Virus record (IMG/VR): IMGVR_UViG_3300037847_003419
Coordinates: 1,873 to 65,872 of that record
Source: a virus
Lineage: Duplodnaviria > Caudoviricetes
Reading direction: 5' to 3' (one strand)
Length of the DNA: 64,000 bases
Numbering within the stretch: position 1 is the stretch's first letter; each line of letters starts with the position of its first letter. The translations under genes were made by a program, and so were the position numbers. The notes beneath the pieces are model-generated. The model saw nothing but the letters and a program-made list of their open reading frames with translations. It searched no databases and was not told where the DNA came from. Below are positions 32,701-41,611 of the stretch, piece after piece.

Positions 32701-33502
32701 TTCCTATTTTTGAAGTTTTTATATTTATTTTTTTAGGCTCATTAATATTGTCGGTAAAAAACAAAAGATCATCAACTATATTTATGCCTGTTACATGCTT
32801 TCCGTTTTGAAAGTTAAGTATTCTTTCACTAACAAAAGTTAAAGTTGTACTTGAACTACCACCAAAAATCAAATTAAATGAATCGCTAGATTTTTCAAAA
32901 ACTAAATTTGCTTGATTACCAGTTGGAAAATTTTGTACATTAGAAACTATTACACTAGTGTCGTTAGTAACAGATATACCAGTACTAGGATTTGTTACTG
33001 TAATTGAGTCCTGTGCAAATTGAACCGTAGTACCAAACAAACTATCTTCTATGGTACCAGTTAGTATCATGCCTTCTCTTATACTTGAGTGAGATGGTAT
33101 GTTAGAATCTAATATTAAGTAAGATTGAGGTGTAGATATAGCAGCAGTAAAGTTGTATTCAACTTTATAAATATCAACAAAAACAGGCGCCACAGTATTC
33201 GTATTAGGATTGTATTCTACAATCATATCTTTTGCGACACCACCAAAAGCGTTACATTGTACTAAATAATATATTTTATTTGTTTTTTCATTCGCGTAAG
33301 AACCAACAACATATCCACCGCCAGGAACTAAACTTGTTAACTTATTGTTACCTCTAACACCTTGAACGGTACCAACTTCAGAGCCTTCCGAAGTTTGTAC
33401 TTCGATATTCATTGCCTCTCTATATTCCCCATCATTGATTAGTCTTTCATCAAGGTCTAAATTCATTATACCCTTGATAAAGTTTTGTTTTAACTCTGGC
33501 AT
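26723..33502 (-). CDS. tail nozzle/stabilization (muzzle-like) protein with inserted domains
   Basis: N-terminal MNLDLDERLI..GEYREAMNIEV..SEGS; NCYSFGNGVESNRIRDDFN and GEYGISKNPESFA blocks as in Bacteroidota podovirus tail stabilization proteins. Confidence 0.7.
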   Translation of the reverse strand: MPELKQNFIKGIMNLDLDERLINDGEYREAMNIEVQTSEGSEVGTVQGVRGNNKLTSLVPGGGYVVGSYANEKTNKIYYLVQCNAFGGVAKDMIVEYNPNTNTVAPVFVDIYKVEYNFTAAISTPQSYLILDSNIPSHSSIREGMILTGTIEDSLFGTTVQFAQDSITVTNPSTGISVTNDTSVIVSNVQNFPTGNQANLVFEKSSDSFNLIFGGSSSTTLTFVSERILNFQNGKHVTGINIVDDLLFFTDNINEPKKINIKTSKIGTPNFNTHSKFPIFKPNTNVVVTNKFAKLYNTTVVKKSPLTPPSLEMYNDIGGRGLIFGKTDPVNFSNQVLTNPGAGAGNFIYNNEPFVEGTSVDIEFSSVTPDFEIGDILIFSNDQDILSDIRIFTDAQVRAVVTDIDTSVSPDKITVKILSFKKGFFPFVAGGEEWAVCLEQSKALFEFKFPRFAYRYKYQDGEYSSFSPFSDVAFIPGRFKYDAKEAHNLGMVNQLRFLKILDFVPDGIPEGVVCVDILYKESNSPNVYTVKTIEHGDPQWLEYGHVTPQSPWTGQTKGAVQLESELIYAAVPSNQILRPWDNVPIKARSQEISANRLIFGNYTEGYDINNNVNINTYLKSLDISPETSEDFIVGKGYPSIKSLRTYQIGIVYRDKFGRETPVFTNENATFNTAKQLADKSTSLSVQSNTSVPKWVHSYKYFVKETSNEYYNLALDRWYDATDGGIWLSFPSAERNKVDENTYLVLKKQHDTDDFVEEPARYKVISIKNEAPDWIKTEYSNIGVGTAATSTFNQTFTSADAQVVYTGNPGFEEYARGKEGLVLRLFDADQSSDWYPIKRFDFTNSTITIKNSFGIDITADILGGNNSSVKVEVAQKRTYNKPEFQGRFFVKVKQDTALINGIDTVNHDITTTTFTIKQQKKQYYIKSSGLDNNWNQKQQWTEKAGSWDKVIKEGFYIDEIDRNWGTIPGGPGPWAKDSGKGITYSRTGKLANHIELSLSRINDQTQEGFSIANHEKSDRDFYNALKSPNTWIRWAEDPNKIVYEIYFAQGQGDSDYDDYHNQSKKNSPGIYNYDGGKNKPRTWRANKTRRLYLKLRATGYMDPGSTGNYVFDAAIKGADPTWVSDFIYANQTQGVYSSSNTSGFVQCTPTIGWKPTTNHKAGAGSIQTGTQTSIQQPTTSGNNPGFNNPNSPGSIITTPGNTGLTTTVVQDTENFYNNIQIVEKYNPEVDKEMSDNPAIFETEPKEDIGLDIYYEMDQAFPVLLSGETNELFAKIGSEVQVDYPGAKLQTWKDLTPGGNPWTITVTSGNNFGTTNTNISNWVKEGFTIQNSSNLIPSVFPSGTLVTNVSGNTVFFSENATSSINNAPITFTKISLPKIKNWNENKITLDTFVYNPQTFVVNQSTAFISDNVVLPLAMSGTNNKNNLIFKKIDGGTITGSIFGDGNIIAAKVNASGFLELSLVKEVFNSKIDLKWHNCYSFGNGVESNRIRDDFNAVTIDKGPRASTVLAKTYKRERKSSSLIYSGIYNNISGVNDTNQFIMAEKITKNLNPRHGSIQKLHAREGDLIALCEDKVLRILSNKDALFNADGKPQLIATSNVLGQATPMGGEYGISKNPESFASQAYKAYFTDKSRGKVLQLDGNGLIPISDHGLKDYFADNLPGQNLLIGSYDDKKDNYNISLVNKLETVSYGVRNNGWESFKSFIPETGVSLNNNYYTFKLGELYQHHNGNTGTFYGLKQNPYIDVVFNKLPNVVKSFGSLNYEGSQARVTEDLGDNEYFNNTGLKGWFVKEGETNLQSTSVLEFKDKEGKWFSRVKGRSTNASNIDLKEFSFQGIDMADTFVLNSEIGCTDPDAVNYDPTATVDDGSCCFDYGCTDSQVGMFPATNGLDRFGAPCTFPCVDANNNPIGFAADNYNPKFDCCSPDDPNGFNMGNCCNFPPFYYGCTDPNASNYWAGANFDDGSCIYPGCTDPTALNYDSAAYPDDGSCIYCSQGSIDMTPETGTGTFPNIVVAGTNINVSNTNVATALNSDIASNNIVVGCEVISQYLPAGTTITNIQVVSSVKSKLFLSNQFINAPTGFSGGIIASYSCNCDDYELRVSNTFAGVGDTDGNFGDNLYTVTTFTMPNITPGTLIHSALNSVAAFLLIQPDAGRAIQASDFSISGATPASGTTFVGGTLPPEVVSVNFQDTENPVYLNYNVSGGSMPNPNYDANYSATPTNEIAVIVELNPIAMPNNDLAIEIDIDGFTQSLQPIINTVTVI

Positions 33503-33505
33503 ATT

Positions 33506-34678
33506 TTAGTGTTTTATATGTTTAGACTTACCTCTTAATATTTGAGTTAGTTCTTCTAATTTAATATTTGATAATCTTAATTTTGCTTTTCTTGTTTCAG
33601 CGAATCTGTCTTTTTTTAATCTAGCTACTAAACTTTCTGGAGCGTTAAATGTAGTGGAAACTATAGCGTAAGCAATGTGTTTGTATATGGCTTCTTCTGC
33701 AAACTTGTGTACTATCATTTCTTCTTCAGTTCCTAAACCATCGCTAACATATTTTAATATAACTCTTTTACCGTTGATATTAGAACTAAAATTAATAGTT
33801 CCATTAGCATTGTCAATATAAAAACTACCGTTTACATTTGCGTGTTGTGGATCTAAACCGTATCTTTGTCCTATTACATCTACGTAGTACTCATCATCAT
33901 AATTCTCTTGTTGTTCAGTAGGTTGTATGTTTTTAAACCTATCCCAAGTAACACTGTCTGCTTTTATAGTAATAGAAACGTTTGTTAGTGTTGATATTGT
34001 AGAAAGTGAAGGATTAGATGTGTCAAAAGCAAAATCTTGACCAGACGTTTGGTTGTACACTTTACTTATAGTCGTTCCAGCTGGAAAATAAGGACTTATT
34101 ATTTCCATACCAACTTCAAGTGGATTAGTGTCGACATTGTTAGGAAAACCAAGAGAATCAGTATCTGCAAATCCTAAACTATGTGGATATATATCAAAAT
34201 TACTTTGTGATGGCCCTAAACTATCTAAAGTTAATTTTAAAGGAAACTCATATATTCCCTCTGGATCAACGCCACCATTGTTTTTAGTTGGAAATATATA
34301 GTTGCCATTAGAGTCTTGAGCTAGCTTTGTTGGATTAGAAGTTTTAGAAGTAGGATGTATTACGTGCTCTATACCTGAGTCATCAACCCAAGTAAGTTTT
34401 ACATAATTTACATAATCTTGAGGCATTTTCATGCTACAAGAAGGGTTTATTAATATCTCTTGACTTTTTACAGATCTAAGAGTATCATAACTAAGTTCTT
34501 GTAAAGCTCTTTGTGCGTAAAAAGAAACATCAACTCTTTTTGCTTTGCTTATAATTTTATTTTCACCAACGTAACCAATCATAAAATTATTAACAACGTG
34601 GTCTAAAGATATAAATTGATAACTACCTAAATTATCGCCGCTATAGTAACTGTGTGCTGATTCTTTTATTAATGCCAT
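33506..34678 (-). CDS. tail ring/adaptor structural protein
   Basis: RALQELSYD...PQDYVNYVKL...YVSDGLG...HKFAEEAIY; lies between head and nozzle genes. Confidence 0.6.
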   Translation of the reverse strand: MALIKESAHSYYSGDNLGSYQFISLDHVVNNFMIGYVGENKIISKAKRVDVSFYAQRALQELSYDTLRSVKSQEILINPSCSMKMPQDYVNYVKLTWVDDSGIEHVIHPTSKTSNPTKLAQDSNGNYIFPTKNNGGVDPEGIYEFPLKLTLDSLGPSQSNFDIYPHSLGFADTDSLGFPNNVDTNPLEVGMEIISPYFPAGTTISKVYNQTSGQDFAFDTSNPSLSTISTLTNVSITIKADSVTWDRFKNIQPTEQQENYDDEYYVDVIGQRYGLDPQHANVNGSFYIDNANGTINFSSNINGKRVILKYVSDGLGTEEEMIVHKFAEEAIYKHIAYAIVSTTFNAPESLVARLKKDRFAETRKAKLRLSNIKLEELTQILRGKSKHIKH

Positions 34679-34679
34679 A

Positions 34680-35393
34680 TTATTGTTTTATTTTTTGTTG
34701 AGCTATCATATCATTTTCTTCTTGAGCCGCTAGTTGTGATAATCCTGGTTTGTTCAGTGTTATTCCAGCCATTTCTAATATTTTTATAACCAACAAAGTT
34801 TCTTCAGAAGGATGTAGTTCAAAATCTACAGCCGCACTAGCATTGTACATAGGCTCACCTAATGTTATTACATATCCCCAATTAACTTTATCTGGTTTTC
34901 TAACATAAGTTGCTAAAACACCACTATTTATTGCTGAAGCAGATATTATTCTAATACCTTCTTCTCTACGAATATAAAGAGGTCGTGATTTATTTGGCTT
35001 AGTTAAGGGTGAGTTATAGTAATCTAATAATTGATCGTAGTATATTTCTTCAATTTCTACACCGTCTTCTAGCAAAGAGGTAGGCGCATAATATAAAGTT
35101 CCTAGTTTATACATATCAACAGGATATTCAAAAAAACTTCCATTTTTAACAAGCGCTGTATCGAACTTTTTAAATATACTTAATTTTTCGTTAAGTGTTT
35201 TTACCATATCAGAATATTCTGTTTCATTGCCATAGTCATTGTCAAACTTTTCTAGATCATAAAAATATTGATCAAATATAACCATTTGCGCTTGATTAGC
35301 TAGTAGATTAAACTCTTGAGGTGTTATATACCCTCTCTGTTCTTTATTAGCTAAAGCTAAAACTCTTTGATATACTGTATCTACACTTACCAT
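34680..35393 (-). CDS. head-tail adaptor/ring protein
   Basis: VYQRVLALANKEQRGYITPQEFN...DFELHPSEE. Confidence 0.6.
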   Translation of the reverse strand: MVSVDTVYQRVLALANKEQRGYITPQEFNLLANQAQMVIFDQYFYDLEKFDNDYGNETEYSDMVKTLNEKLSIFKKFDTALVKNGSFFEYPVDMYKLGTLYYAPTSLLEDGVEIEEIYYDQLLDYYNSPLTKPNKSRPLYIRREEGIRIISASAINSGVLATYVRKPDKVNWGYVITLGEPMYNASAAVDFELHPSEETLLVIKILEMAGITLNKPGLSQLAAQEENDMIAQQKIKQ

Positions 35394-35399
35394 ATTTTT

Positions 35400-35573
35400 T
35401 TATTTTTTATAAGGAAAAGCTTTGTTTAAAGCTTCTTGTCTTTTTTTACAACCACAGTCTTTACCAGTTGCTTTTGAAACTGTTTCTACAACTTTTTTTA
35501 TTCCGGTTGCTTTTGTTATTTTTTCTATTGTATCGCCTAAACCTCTAGACTTTCTAAATTGTGATAAATTCAT
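35400..35573 (-). CDS. small basic conserved protein
   Basis: SRGLGDTIEKITKATGIK...DCGCKKRQEALN; start moved to MNLSQF, which has an A-rich leader. Confidence 0.6.
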   Translation of the reverse strand: MNLSQFRKSRGLGDTIEKITKATGIKKVVETVSKATGKDCGCKKRQEALNKAFPYKK

Positions 35574-35630
35574 TTTATTTAATTTTTTTAGTATTGCAAC
35601 CACCCTTTTATTGAGTGGTTGCTTTACTAG

Positions 35631-36461
35631 TTAGTTTAATCTTTTTTCTATATTTGAATATATCTCCATACCTTCATCAGTTTTAAACCAATGCGCTAAA
35701 GCGGTATAAGGATGCTCATCAAATGGTATTGTCATTACTTTTCTACCATTACTTCCCCATAAGAAGTTTCTTTGGTCAGATGATAATCTTAATATACCAT
35801 TTTCAACAGCTCTAATACCAAAGTTTCTTAGCATTACGTTTTCGTCATCCGCTAATTCTAAGAACAACTTAGGATTGTTTCTAGCAAACACTAATAAATC
35901 ACGTCTAAGTTCTTTAGAACTCATGTTAGATACCTTAGAACCAATCTCTACACGCATAATAGCTTCAGCCATATCAATATCTACATTTCTAGCAGCTACT
36001 AAAGCTTCTACTTGTTGTTCTAGCACATCTATTTCTTCAGCGGCTATAGCTTGAGGTTTATACTCTTCGTATAATTTATCTCTGTGTGGGTGATATAAAC
36101 TTAAAAGCTTTTGTAACGTTGTTTGTTCTTTTGGAACAAATAAACTTCCAGATCGAAATATAATATGTTCTAATCTTCTATCACCTTTCATTTCGTCTAC
36201 AAAAGGAGTTTTTTGATTTTGACAATACATCAACTCTCTTTCATATCCTTTTTCTTCGTCAAACCAATAAATGTTTGCAGACTTAATAGATCTTGATAAA
36301 GGTGTTTTACCATTTTTCAAAAGATACATTCTGTCTTTTATTTCCCATTCGTTTTTAGGTTTAACTCTTTCTCTTACTTTTGGTTCTTCAACCATTACAG
36401 TCTCTACAACTGTTTCTTCTATTTGAGGTTCTTCAACCTCTACTTTTTTCTTTTTTGCCAT
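35631..36461 (-). CDS. conserved head-cluster protein, function unknown
   Basis: Follows the MCP terminator; full-length ORF with A-rich leader. Confidence 0.6.
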   Translation of the reverse strand: MAKKKKVEVEEPQIEETVVETVMVEEPKVRERVKPKNEWEIKDRMYLLKNGKTPLSRSIKSANIYWFDEEKGYERELMYCQNQKTPFVDEMKGDRRLEHIIFRSGSLFVPKEQTTLQKLLSLYHPHRDKLYEEYKPQAIAAEEIDVLEQQVEALVAARNVDIDMAEAIMRVEIGSKVSNMSSKELRRDLLVFARNNPKLFLELADDENVMLRNFGIRAVENGILRLSSDQRNFLWGSNGRKVMTIPFDEHPYTALAHWFKTDEGMEIYSNIEKRLN

Positions 36462-36490
36462 AATATAATATATAATAAAATTAATAAAAT

Positions 36491-36520
36491 AAAAGGCCGA
36501 GGCCGAAGCCCCGGTCTTTT
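36491..36520 (-). terminator. intrinsic terminator after the major capsid gene
   Basis: Minus strand GACCGGGGC-TTCG-GCCTCGGCC-TTTTATTTT (cUUCGg tetraloop). Confidence 0.85.
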
Positions 36521-36528
36521 AAAAATTG

Positions 36529-38034
36529 TTACTGCATTAACATAAAGTTGTTAGCACCTTGAGTAACTAAACATCTTTCAGTTAACATGTGAATTTGCAT
36601 TGCATCTAAAGCAGATGTAGCAGCTCCAACAGAACCAGTTGTCCAAGTTTTCATCTTTCTATTGTCAGTTTGTGAAGCTCTATATCTAACATGTAAGAAA
36701 GGTCTCTTAAGATTTTTACCTAGCATTTGGTCGTAAACAGTTGATGTACCAGCTGGTATGATGACACCTCTAATTGCATTAGCAGAATTAGCAGCGTTTA
36801 TACCACCTCTAGTAGCTAAGTCATTTAAGTATCTAAAGTCAGACTTATAGAAGTCATAAGAACCTCTTCTGAAACCAGAGAAACCTAAGTTTAAAGCCAT
36901 ATCTTCTTCATTGTCGAATACTCCGTAAGAAGTACCTCCAGATCCGTAAGAATTCATAGAAGCTAACATATCATCGATCGCAAGAGAAGTAGATCTGTTA
37001 ACAAATAACATGTTTTCTTCAATAGCTCCTTGCTTGTCAAACTCAGCAAGTATTGCATCGAACTCAGCTAAATCAACAGAAGCCGAAACACCAGTAACAC
37101 CAGTAGTGATATTACCTCTTGATTCGATAGCAGCAAATAAACCTTCTGTACCTACGTTTCCAGCACCAGCTGTAGAACCAGGTAAGATAGTCGCACCATC
37201 AGCAACCGAACCAGCAACGTTTAACTCACCTTCTAACATTGCCATTTCAATGTAGTCAGTAAATCTAGCTCTAGTATCAGCCTCAGCTTTTAAGTACCAT
37301 AAGTAACCAGATTGTCCTTCTTCAGAAGCAACTTCTACCCAACCGATTCTAGCAGTATCTGATCCAGACACTTCGTAGTAATCTTTCATTATAATTGGTT
37401 TGTTGCTAAAAGTAGTAAACGTTGGCTCGTTAGCACCTCTTGAGTCAGTTGTGTTTGTAGTACCAGTTGCAGCTCTATAAGAATCACCTTTACCAAATTC
37501 AGAACCATAAACTAATATAGTAGTTCCGTTTGAAGTAGTGTTAGCAGCTAAAGTTGTAGCACCATAAGGAGCAACATCTATATTAGCTCCATTAACTACA
37601 GTTACTAAACATTTAAAAATACCATCAGAGTTAGATACAATAATAGTATCATTTACACGAATACCGTGATTAGCAGCCGTAAAACCAGCAGTTTCATCAA
37701 TATCGCTTTCGATAGTTATTCTTGGAGTTGTACCTCCAGCACCTGTGTCAGCACCAGCATTTGTGGAAGCGACGTTACCTTTGTAAGAAAGGTGTAATCT
37801 ACCTTGTTCAGACCAAATAACTTGATCAGCAGTCATAGATTCTTCAGCCCCAACTTGTGATAAGAAACCTGAAATAGTTCTTGGTCCGAAAACCTCAGCT
37901 TCTTTCTCCATTAGGTCTGGTAAATATTGTTGAGCCCAACCCATGTCTTGGTTGAAGTCAATGTAGTTTGTAGATAGCGTTTGCTGCATAGAAGCAGGTA
38001 CACTATTTAACAAAGCACCATTAGTAATTGCCAT
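36529..38034 (-). CDS. major capsid protein
   Basis: Follows portal and scaffold; strongly biased codons; strong terminator downstream; WAQQYLPDL...WSEQGRLH...GFRRGSYDFYK blocks. Confidence 0.8.
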   Translation of the reverse strand: MAITNGALLNSVPASMQQTLSTNYIDFNQDMGWAQQYLPDLMEKEAEVFGPRTISGFLSQVGAEESMTADQVIWSEQGRLHLSYKGNVASTNAGADTGAGGTTPRITIESDIDETAGFTAANHGIRVNDTIIVSNSDGIFKCLVTVVNGANIDVAPYGATTLAANTTSNGTTILVYGSEFGKGDSYRAATGTTNTTDSRGANEPTFTTFSNKPIIMKDYYEVSGSDTARIGWVEVASEEGQSGYLWYLKAEADTRARFTDYIEMAMLEGELNVAGSVADGATILPGSTAGAGNVGTEGLFAAIESRGNITTGVTGVSASVDLAEFDAILAEFDKQGAIEENMLFVNRSTSLAIDDMLASMNSYGSGGTSYGVFDNEEDMALNLGFSGFRRGSYDFYKSDFRYLNDLATRGGINAANSANAIRGVIIPAGTSTVYDQMLGKNLKRPFLHVRYRASQTDNRKMKTWTTGSVGAATSALDAMQIHMLTERCLVTQGANNFMLMQ

Positions 38035-38059
38035 AATTTTTAGTTTTTAAATTTTGTTA

Positions 38060-39169
38060 TTATTTTCTTTTTTTAAATTTAAACACAGGAGAATCGTCAG
38101 TATTTAACACTCTTGCAGTCATACCAGAGCTTTTAGGGGCAGCGTGAGTTTGCCTAGGGTCCATATTTATATTTTTGGACTTAGCAATACTGTTTTGTAA
38201 AGCGTCAGCCCTACCTTGCTCGTAAAAATGATTTGCAATTGCATCAGCGTTCATAGCTGTAAACAAGCCTTTGTGATAACCGGCAGCGTTTTCCATTTCG
38301 TTATTTTCATTCAAGAACTTCTTGACAAAATTATTAATGTCACTCTGCGTGTTTTTTATAGAATCAACATCTCCAACATTATACCTAAATCTTCTATCTC
38401 CGACTTTATATTCAAAACCTTTGAACTCATCGTTAAATACTTGACTTGTTTTTTGTAAAAATGTTTTTGTTGCTTTTTCTCTAGCTTGGTTAAGAGCAAT
38501 AGACTCTTCTTTGTATTTATTATAAGACTTAATAGCTTCACTTTGCTCTTCAGTCAGTTTTGACCCCATTTTAAGGTCTTCGTAATATTTGGATTTTACA
38601 CTTTCCAAGTGTTGCTTTGCTTCGGCAACTTGCTCCTTCAAAGCTAATTTTTTTCTTTTAACGTCTTTTTCATTGTCGTAAGATTCGTCCCAATTAAAAT
38701 TATCTTGAACTAAAAAACTAATTTCTTCTTGGTTTAGATGAGGTTTTGTATTTTTATAATACTCATTTAATAACTCTGATTCATCTAATTTATCGTAATC
38801 TTGATTTAATAACATGTAATCGTTTAAATCACCTCCTGTCTCTTCCATAAAGTTTACAACTTTTTGTAATGCTTCTGGATATTTTGGAGTTACAACTTCT
38901 TCTTGAACCACAGGCTCTATGTCTGTAACTTCTTCAACAATAGGAGTTTGTTCTTCTACTATTTCTTGTGGTTCTTCTTTTATTTCTTTTTTTACCTCAA
39001 CCTTTGTTAATTCTTGTTCAGGTTTAGATAAATTTACTTTTGTAACAACCTCTTCGTTAGATTTTTTCTTTTTAGGTTTTTTTACTTTAATCTTACCAAC
39101 CTCTTCGTCTACTTTAGGCTGTTCTTGAGGTGTAGTTTCTTCAACTACGTTTTCTTTGTTTTCTTCCAT
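38060..39169 (-). CDS. capsid scaffolding protein
   Basis: Acidic disordered N-terminus and helical core, between portal and MCP. Confidence 0.65.
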   Translation of the reverse strand: MEENKENVVEETTPQEQPKVDEEVGKIKVKKPKKKKSNEEVVTKVNLSKPEQELTKVEVKKEIKEEPQEIVEEQTPIVEEVTDIEPVVQEEVVTPKYPEALQKVVNFMEETGGDLNDYMLLNQDYDKLDESELLNEYYKNTKPHLNQEEISFLVQDNFNWDESYDNEKDVKRKKLALKEQVAEAKQHLESVKSKYYEDLKMGSKLTEEQSEAIKSYNKYKEESIALNQAREKATKTFLQKTSQVFNDEFKGFEYKVGDRRFRYNVGDVDSIKNTQSDINNFVKKFLNENNEMENAAGYHKGLFTAMNADAIANHFYEQGRADALQNSIAKSKNINMDPRQTHAAPKSSGMTARVLNTDDSPVFKFKKRK

Positions 39170-39198
39170 GATAAAATATTATATAATTAATAAAATTG

Positions 39199-41610
39199 TT
39201 AAGCGAACAATATAGAGCCCATATCTGTACCCTCTTCTTCTTCTTCTTCAAAGTTTTTAGGTCCTGTTTTATTTTCTCTTTGATCTATCATTTCGCTTTG
39301 TTGTGTTGCTTCTGTTTTAGATCTACTATCTTTACGATCTTCTTTTAACTTTTCTTTTTCTTTTAAAGCGTCTGCTTTCATTTTTTCTAATCTCAAGTTT
39401 ATTTCAAACTCATGATTCATTAAATCTTTTTTAAGTTGAGCTTCCATCATCATTCTATCTGATTGTAGTCTAGATTTCGTCTGTTCTAAAGTTAATTCTC
39501 TATCAGTGTCTGCTTGTTTCTTTTGCATTTCAAGTTGTGCTGCAGCTTGCTGTTGTTGTATATTGGCTTGAGCTTGTGCTTGCATGTTTTCTTGTTGCAT
39601 TCTTTGATCTCTTTCTAACTTTTTCTTTCTACGTACTTTTAATAGTTGGTTTGCTAACTTTACGTTTTTAATTTCTCTAAGATCAATAGCGTCTTCTAAA
39701 TCTATAGTTTGTTGTGCTAAAGCTTGTTGTATATTGTTTTCTAAAACAGCTTGTTGTTCTTCGTCGGGCATTAAATCTAAAAATATACCAAAGTCGTATA
39801 AGTGTAAATCAGACATTTCTTCTAAAACAGCAACATTATGAGCTCCTACAGCTTGTACAAAAGCATTTTTAGTTGGAGAGTATTCTATAATATCAGATAT
39901 TCTAAGTGATAAATGCTCGCAAACGTCTTTAGTCAAATGCAGACCTGCTTTTAATATATGTCTAGTAGCCGTGTTACTATTTGCTGCAGCTAATTTTTGT
40001 ACTCCAACTAAAGAATATTTTTCAGGTTTAGACCCGTCTGCAGCCTCATTTAATCCTGTCACGTCTCTTATCATTTGTAAATAATAGTTGTACGTGTTTA
40101 TAAGTTGTGGTATTTTATTTCCACCTGTTCCAGAACTTATTTCTTGTATAGGTATTTTTCCAGGATTTTGATCGCCATCAGCGGTAAAACTTCTACCGAT
40201 AACACTACCAGTTTGAAAAAACATATTTAAAGCTTCTTGTGGATTATAATTAGTACCATTACCCAAATCTATTTCAGCAAGTCCGTCTGCGTCTAAATAA
40301 ACACCATCTGGTACCATACGTGACATTATTTGTTGAAGTTTTAAATGAGTCAACTGTATCATGTCAGCAAAACCAGTAATTCTACCTACCAAACTCTCTA
40401 TTTTACCGTCGTATATTCTAGGCGCAACAATACTATAATTCATTTTAACTTTTGTAAAGTCACTCTTAGGTCTAATCATGTTTTCTGCTATTTGCCATTT
40501 AAGCAATTTGTTAGCACCAAGTATCATAGCTCCTTCAAAAAGTACCTCTACAGCTCTTTCCATTTTAGCATATCCTCCTTCTTTGTTTTCTGGTGGATTA
40601 AATGAATCATCTTTTTCTATAGCCTTACTACCTCCAGATCTAGTTTCTTTTACTTTATAAACTTCGTTAGTATAAGTTTTATAGTTAAAGTACAACACGG
40701 TAACTTTGTTTTTGTCATTTTCATCATAGTTATAATCTACTCCGTAAAAATCATATCTATTACCTTTGTTTTGTGTTACTATTTCTTCTAAGTTTTCATG
40801 AGTTAAATCAGGAAACTCTTTTACAAGTTCATTTATAGGTATTTGTTTTATTTCGCCCACATAGTAAAGATCTTCAAAATAAGGTGATTTAGTATAAGAA
40901 TAAACTAAATTAGCTGGATCAACGTAATCTATAACTACTCCTTCAGATGGGTTAAAAGTAGTTTTTACAGCGCCTATACCTAAAACAGCTAGATCGTAAT
41001 AAAATCTCTTTTTTATTAAGTCATAATCGTTTCCTTCTAATAAAACGTTAAGAGCTTGTTCTTCTGCTATTTCTACAGCTTGTTTGTAAGTTAGCTGCAT
41101 GTGTAATTCTAACTCTTCTTTAGAACCAGGTATATCTTCTTTTTCATTTTCATTTATAGTTATACCTAAAGTTTGTTCTGTTAAATCGTTTAAATTTTGT
41201 GTAGCCAAATCACCAAGCATAGACTCCATATATTCTGTACGTTTTGATATACCAAATGGATCTTGTGAATAAGCTCTAATATCGTAAAGTCTCTCAGATA
41301 TACCATTGACTATTATATCAACAAATTTAGGTATAATAGGTACTGGTTTCCAGTCTAAATTTAAGTAACTTAAGTCACCGTTAATAGATAACTCGTCTTT
41401 GTATTTTTGTATTGACTGTTCTCCTCTAGCATACAATCTTAGATTGTGATAATTTCTATTGCTATTATTAAATCTATTACCACTTCTAGTCTCATGCAGC
41501 CATTCTCCAGCAATAGCTTGACCAACTTTCAAGCCATACTCTCCGCTCATTTTCTCAAGATCGCTAACGACTTGACTAGGAAACGCGTTAATTCTAGATG
41601 ATTTATACAT
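39199..41610 (-). CDS. portal protein
   Basis: RLYARGEQSIQKYK, LDWKPVPIIPKFVD, IRDVTGLNEA; long Q-rich C-terminal barrel helix; directly after terminase. Confidence 0.85.
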   Translation of the reverse strand: MYKSSRINAFPSQVVSDLEKMSGEYGLKVGQAIAGEWLHETRSGNRFNNSNRNYHNLRLYARGEQSIQKYKDELSINGDLSYLNLDWKPVPIIPKFVDIIVNGISERLYDIRAYSQDPFGISKRTEYMESMLGDLATQNLNDLTEQTLGITINENEKEDIPGSKEELELHMQLTYKQAVEIAEEQALNVLLEGNDYDLIKKRFYYDLAVLGIGAVKTTFNPSEGVVIDYVDPANLVYSYTKSPYFEDLYYVGEIKQIPINELVKEFPDLTHENLEEIVTQNKGNRYDFYGVDYNYDENDKNKVTVLYFNYKTYTNEVYKVKETRSGGSKAIEKDDSFNPPENKEGGYAKMERAVEVLFEGAMILGANKLLKWQIAENMIRPKSDFTKVKMNYSIVAPRIYDGKIESLVGRITGFADMIQLTHLKLQQIMSRMVPDGVYLDADGLAEIDLGNGTNYNPQEALNMFFQTGSVIGRSFTADGDQNPGKIPIQEISSGTGGNKIPQLINTYNYYLQMIRDVTGLNEAADGSKPEKYSLVGVQKLAAANSNTATRHILKAGLHLTKDVCEHLSLRISDIIEYSPTKNAFVQAVGAHNVAVLEEMSDLHLYDFGIFLDLMPDEEQQAVLENNIQQALAQQTIDLEDAIDLREIKNVKLANQLLKVRRKKKLERDQRMQQENMQAQAQANIQQQQAAAQLEMQKKQADTDRELTLEQTKSRLQSDRMMMEAQLKKDLMNHEFEINLRLEKMKADALKEKEKLKEDRKDSRSKTEATQQSEMIDQRENKTGPKNFEEEEEEGTDMGSILFA

Positions 41611-41611
41611 A

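Noticed and set aside
35595-35622. GCAACCAC/GTGGTTGC hairpin as a terminator for the - strand unit
   Set aside because: No U-tract follows it on the coding strand. It may be a processing or stability hairpin, but support is insufficient.
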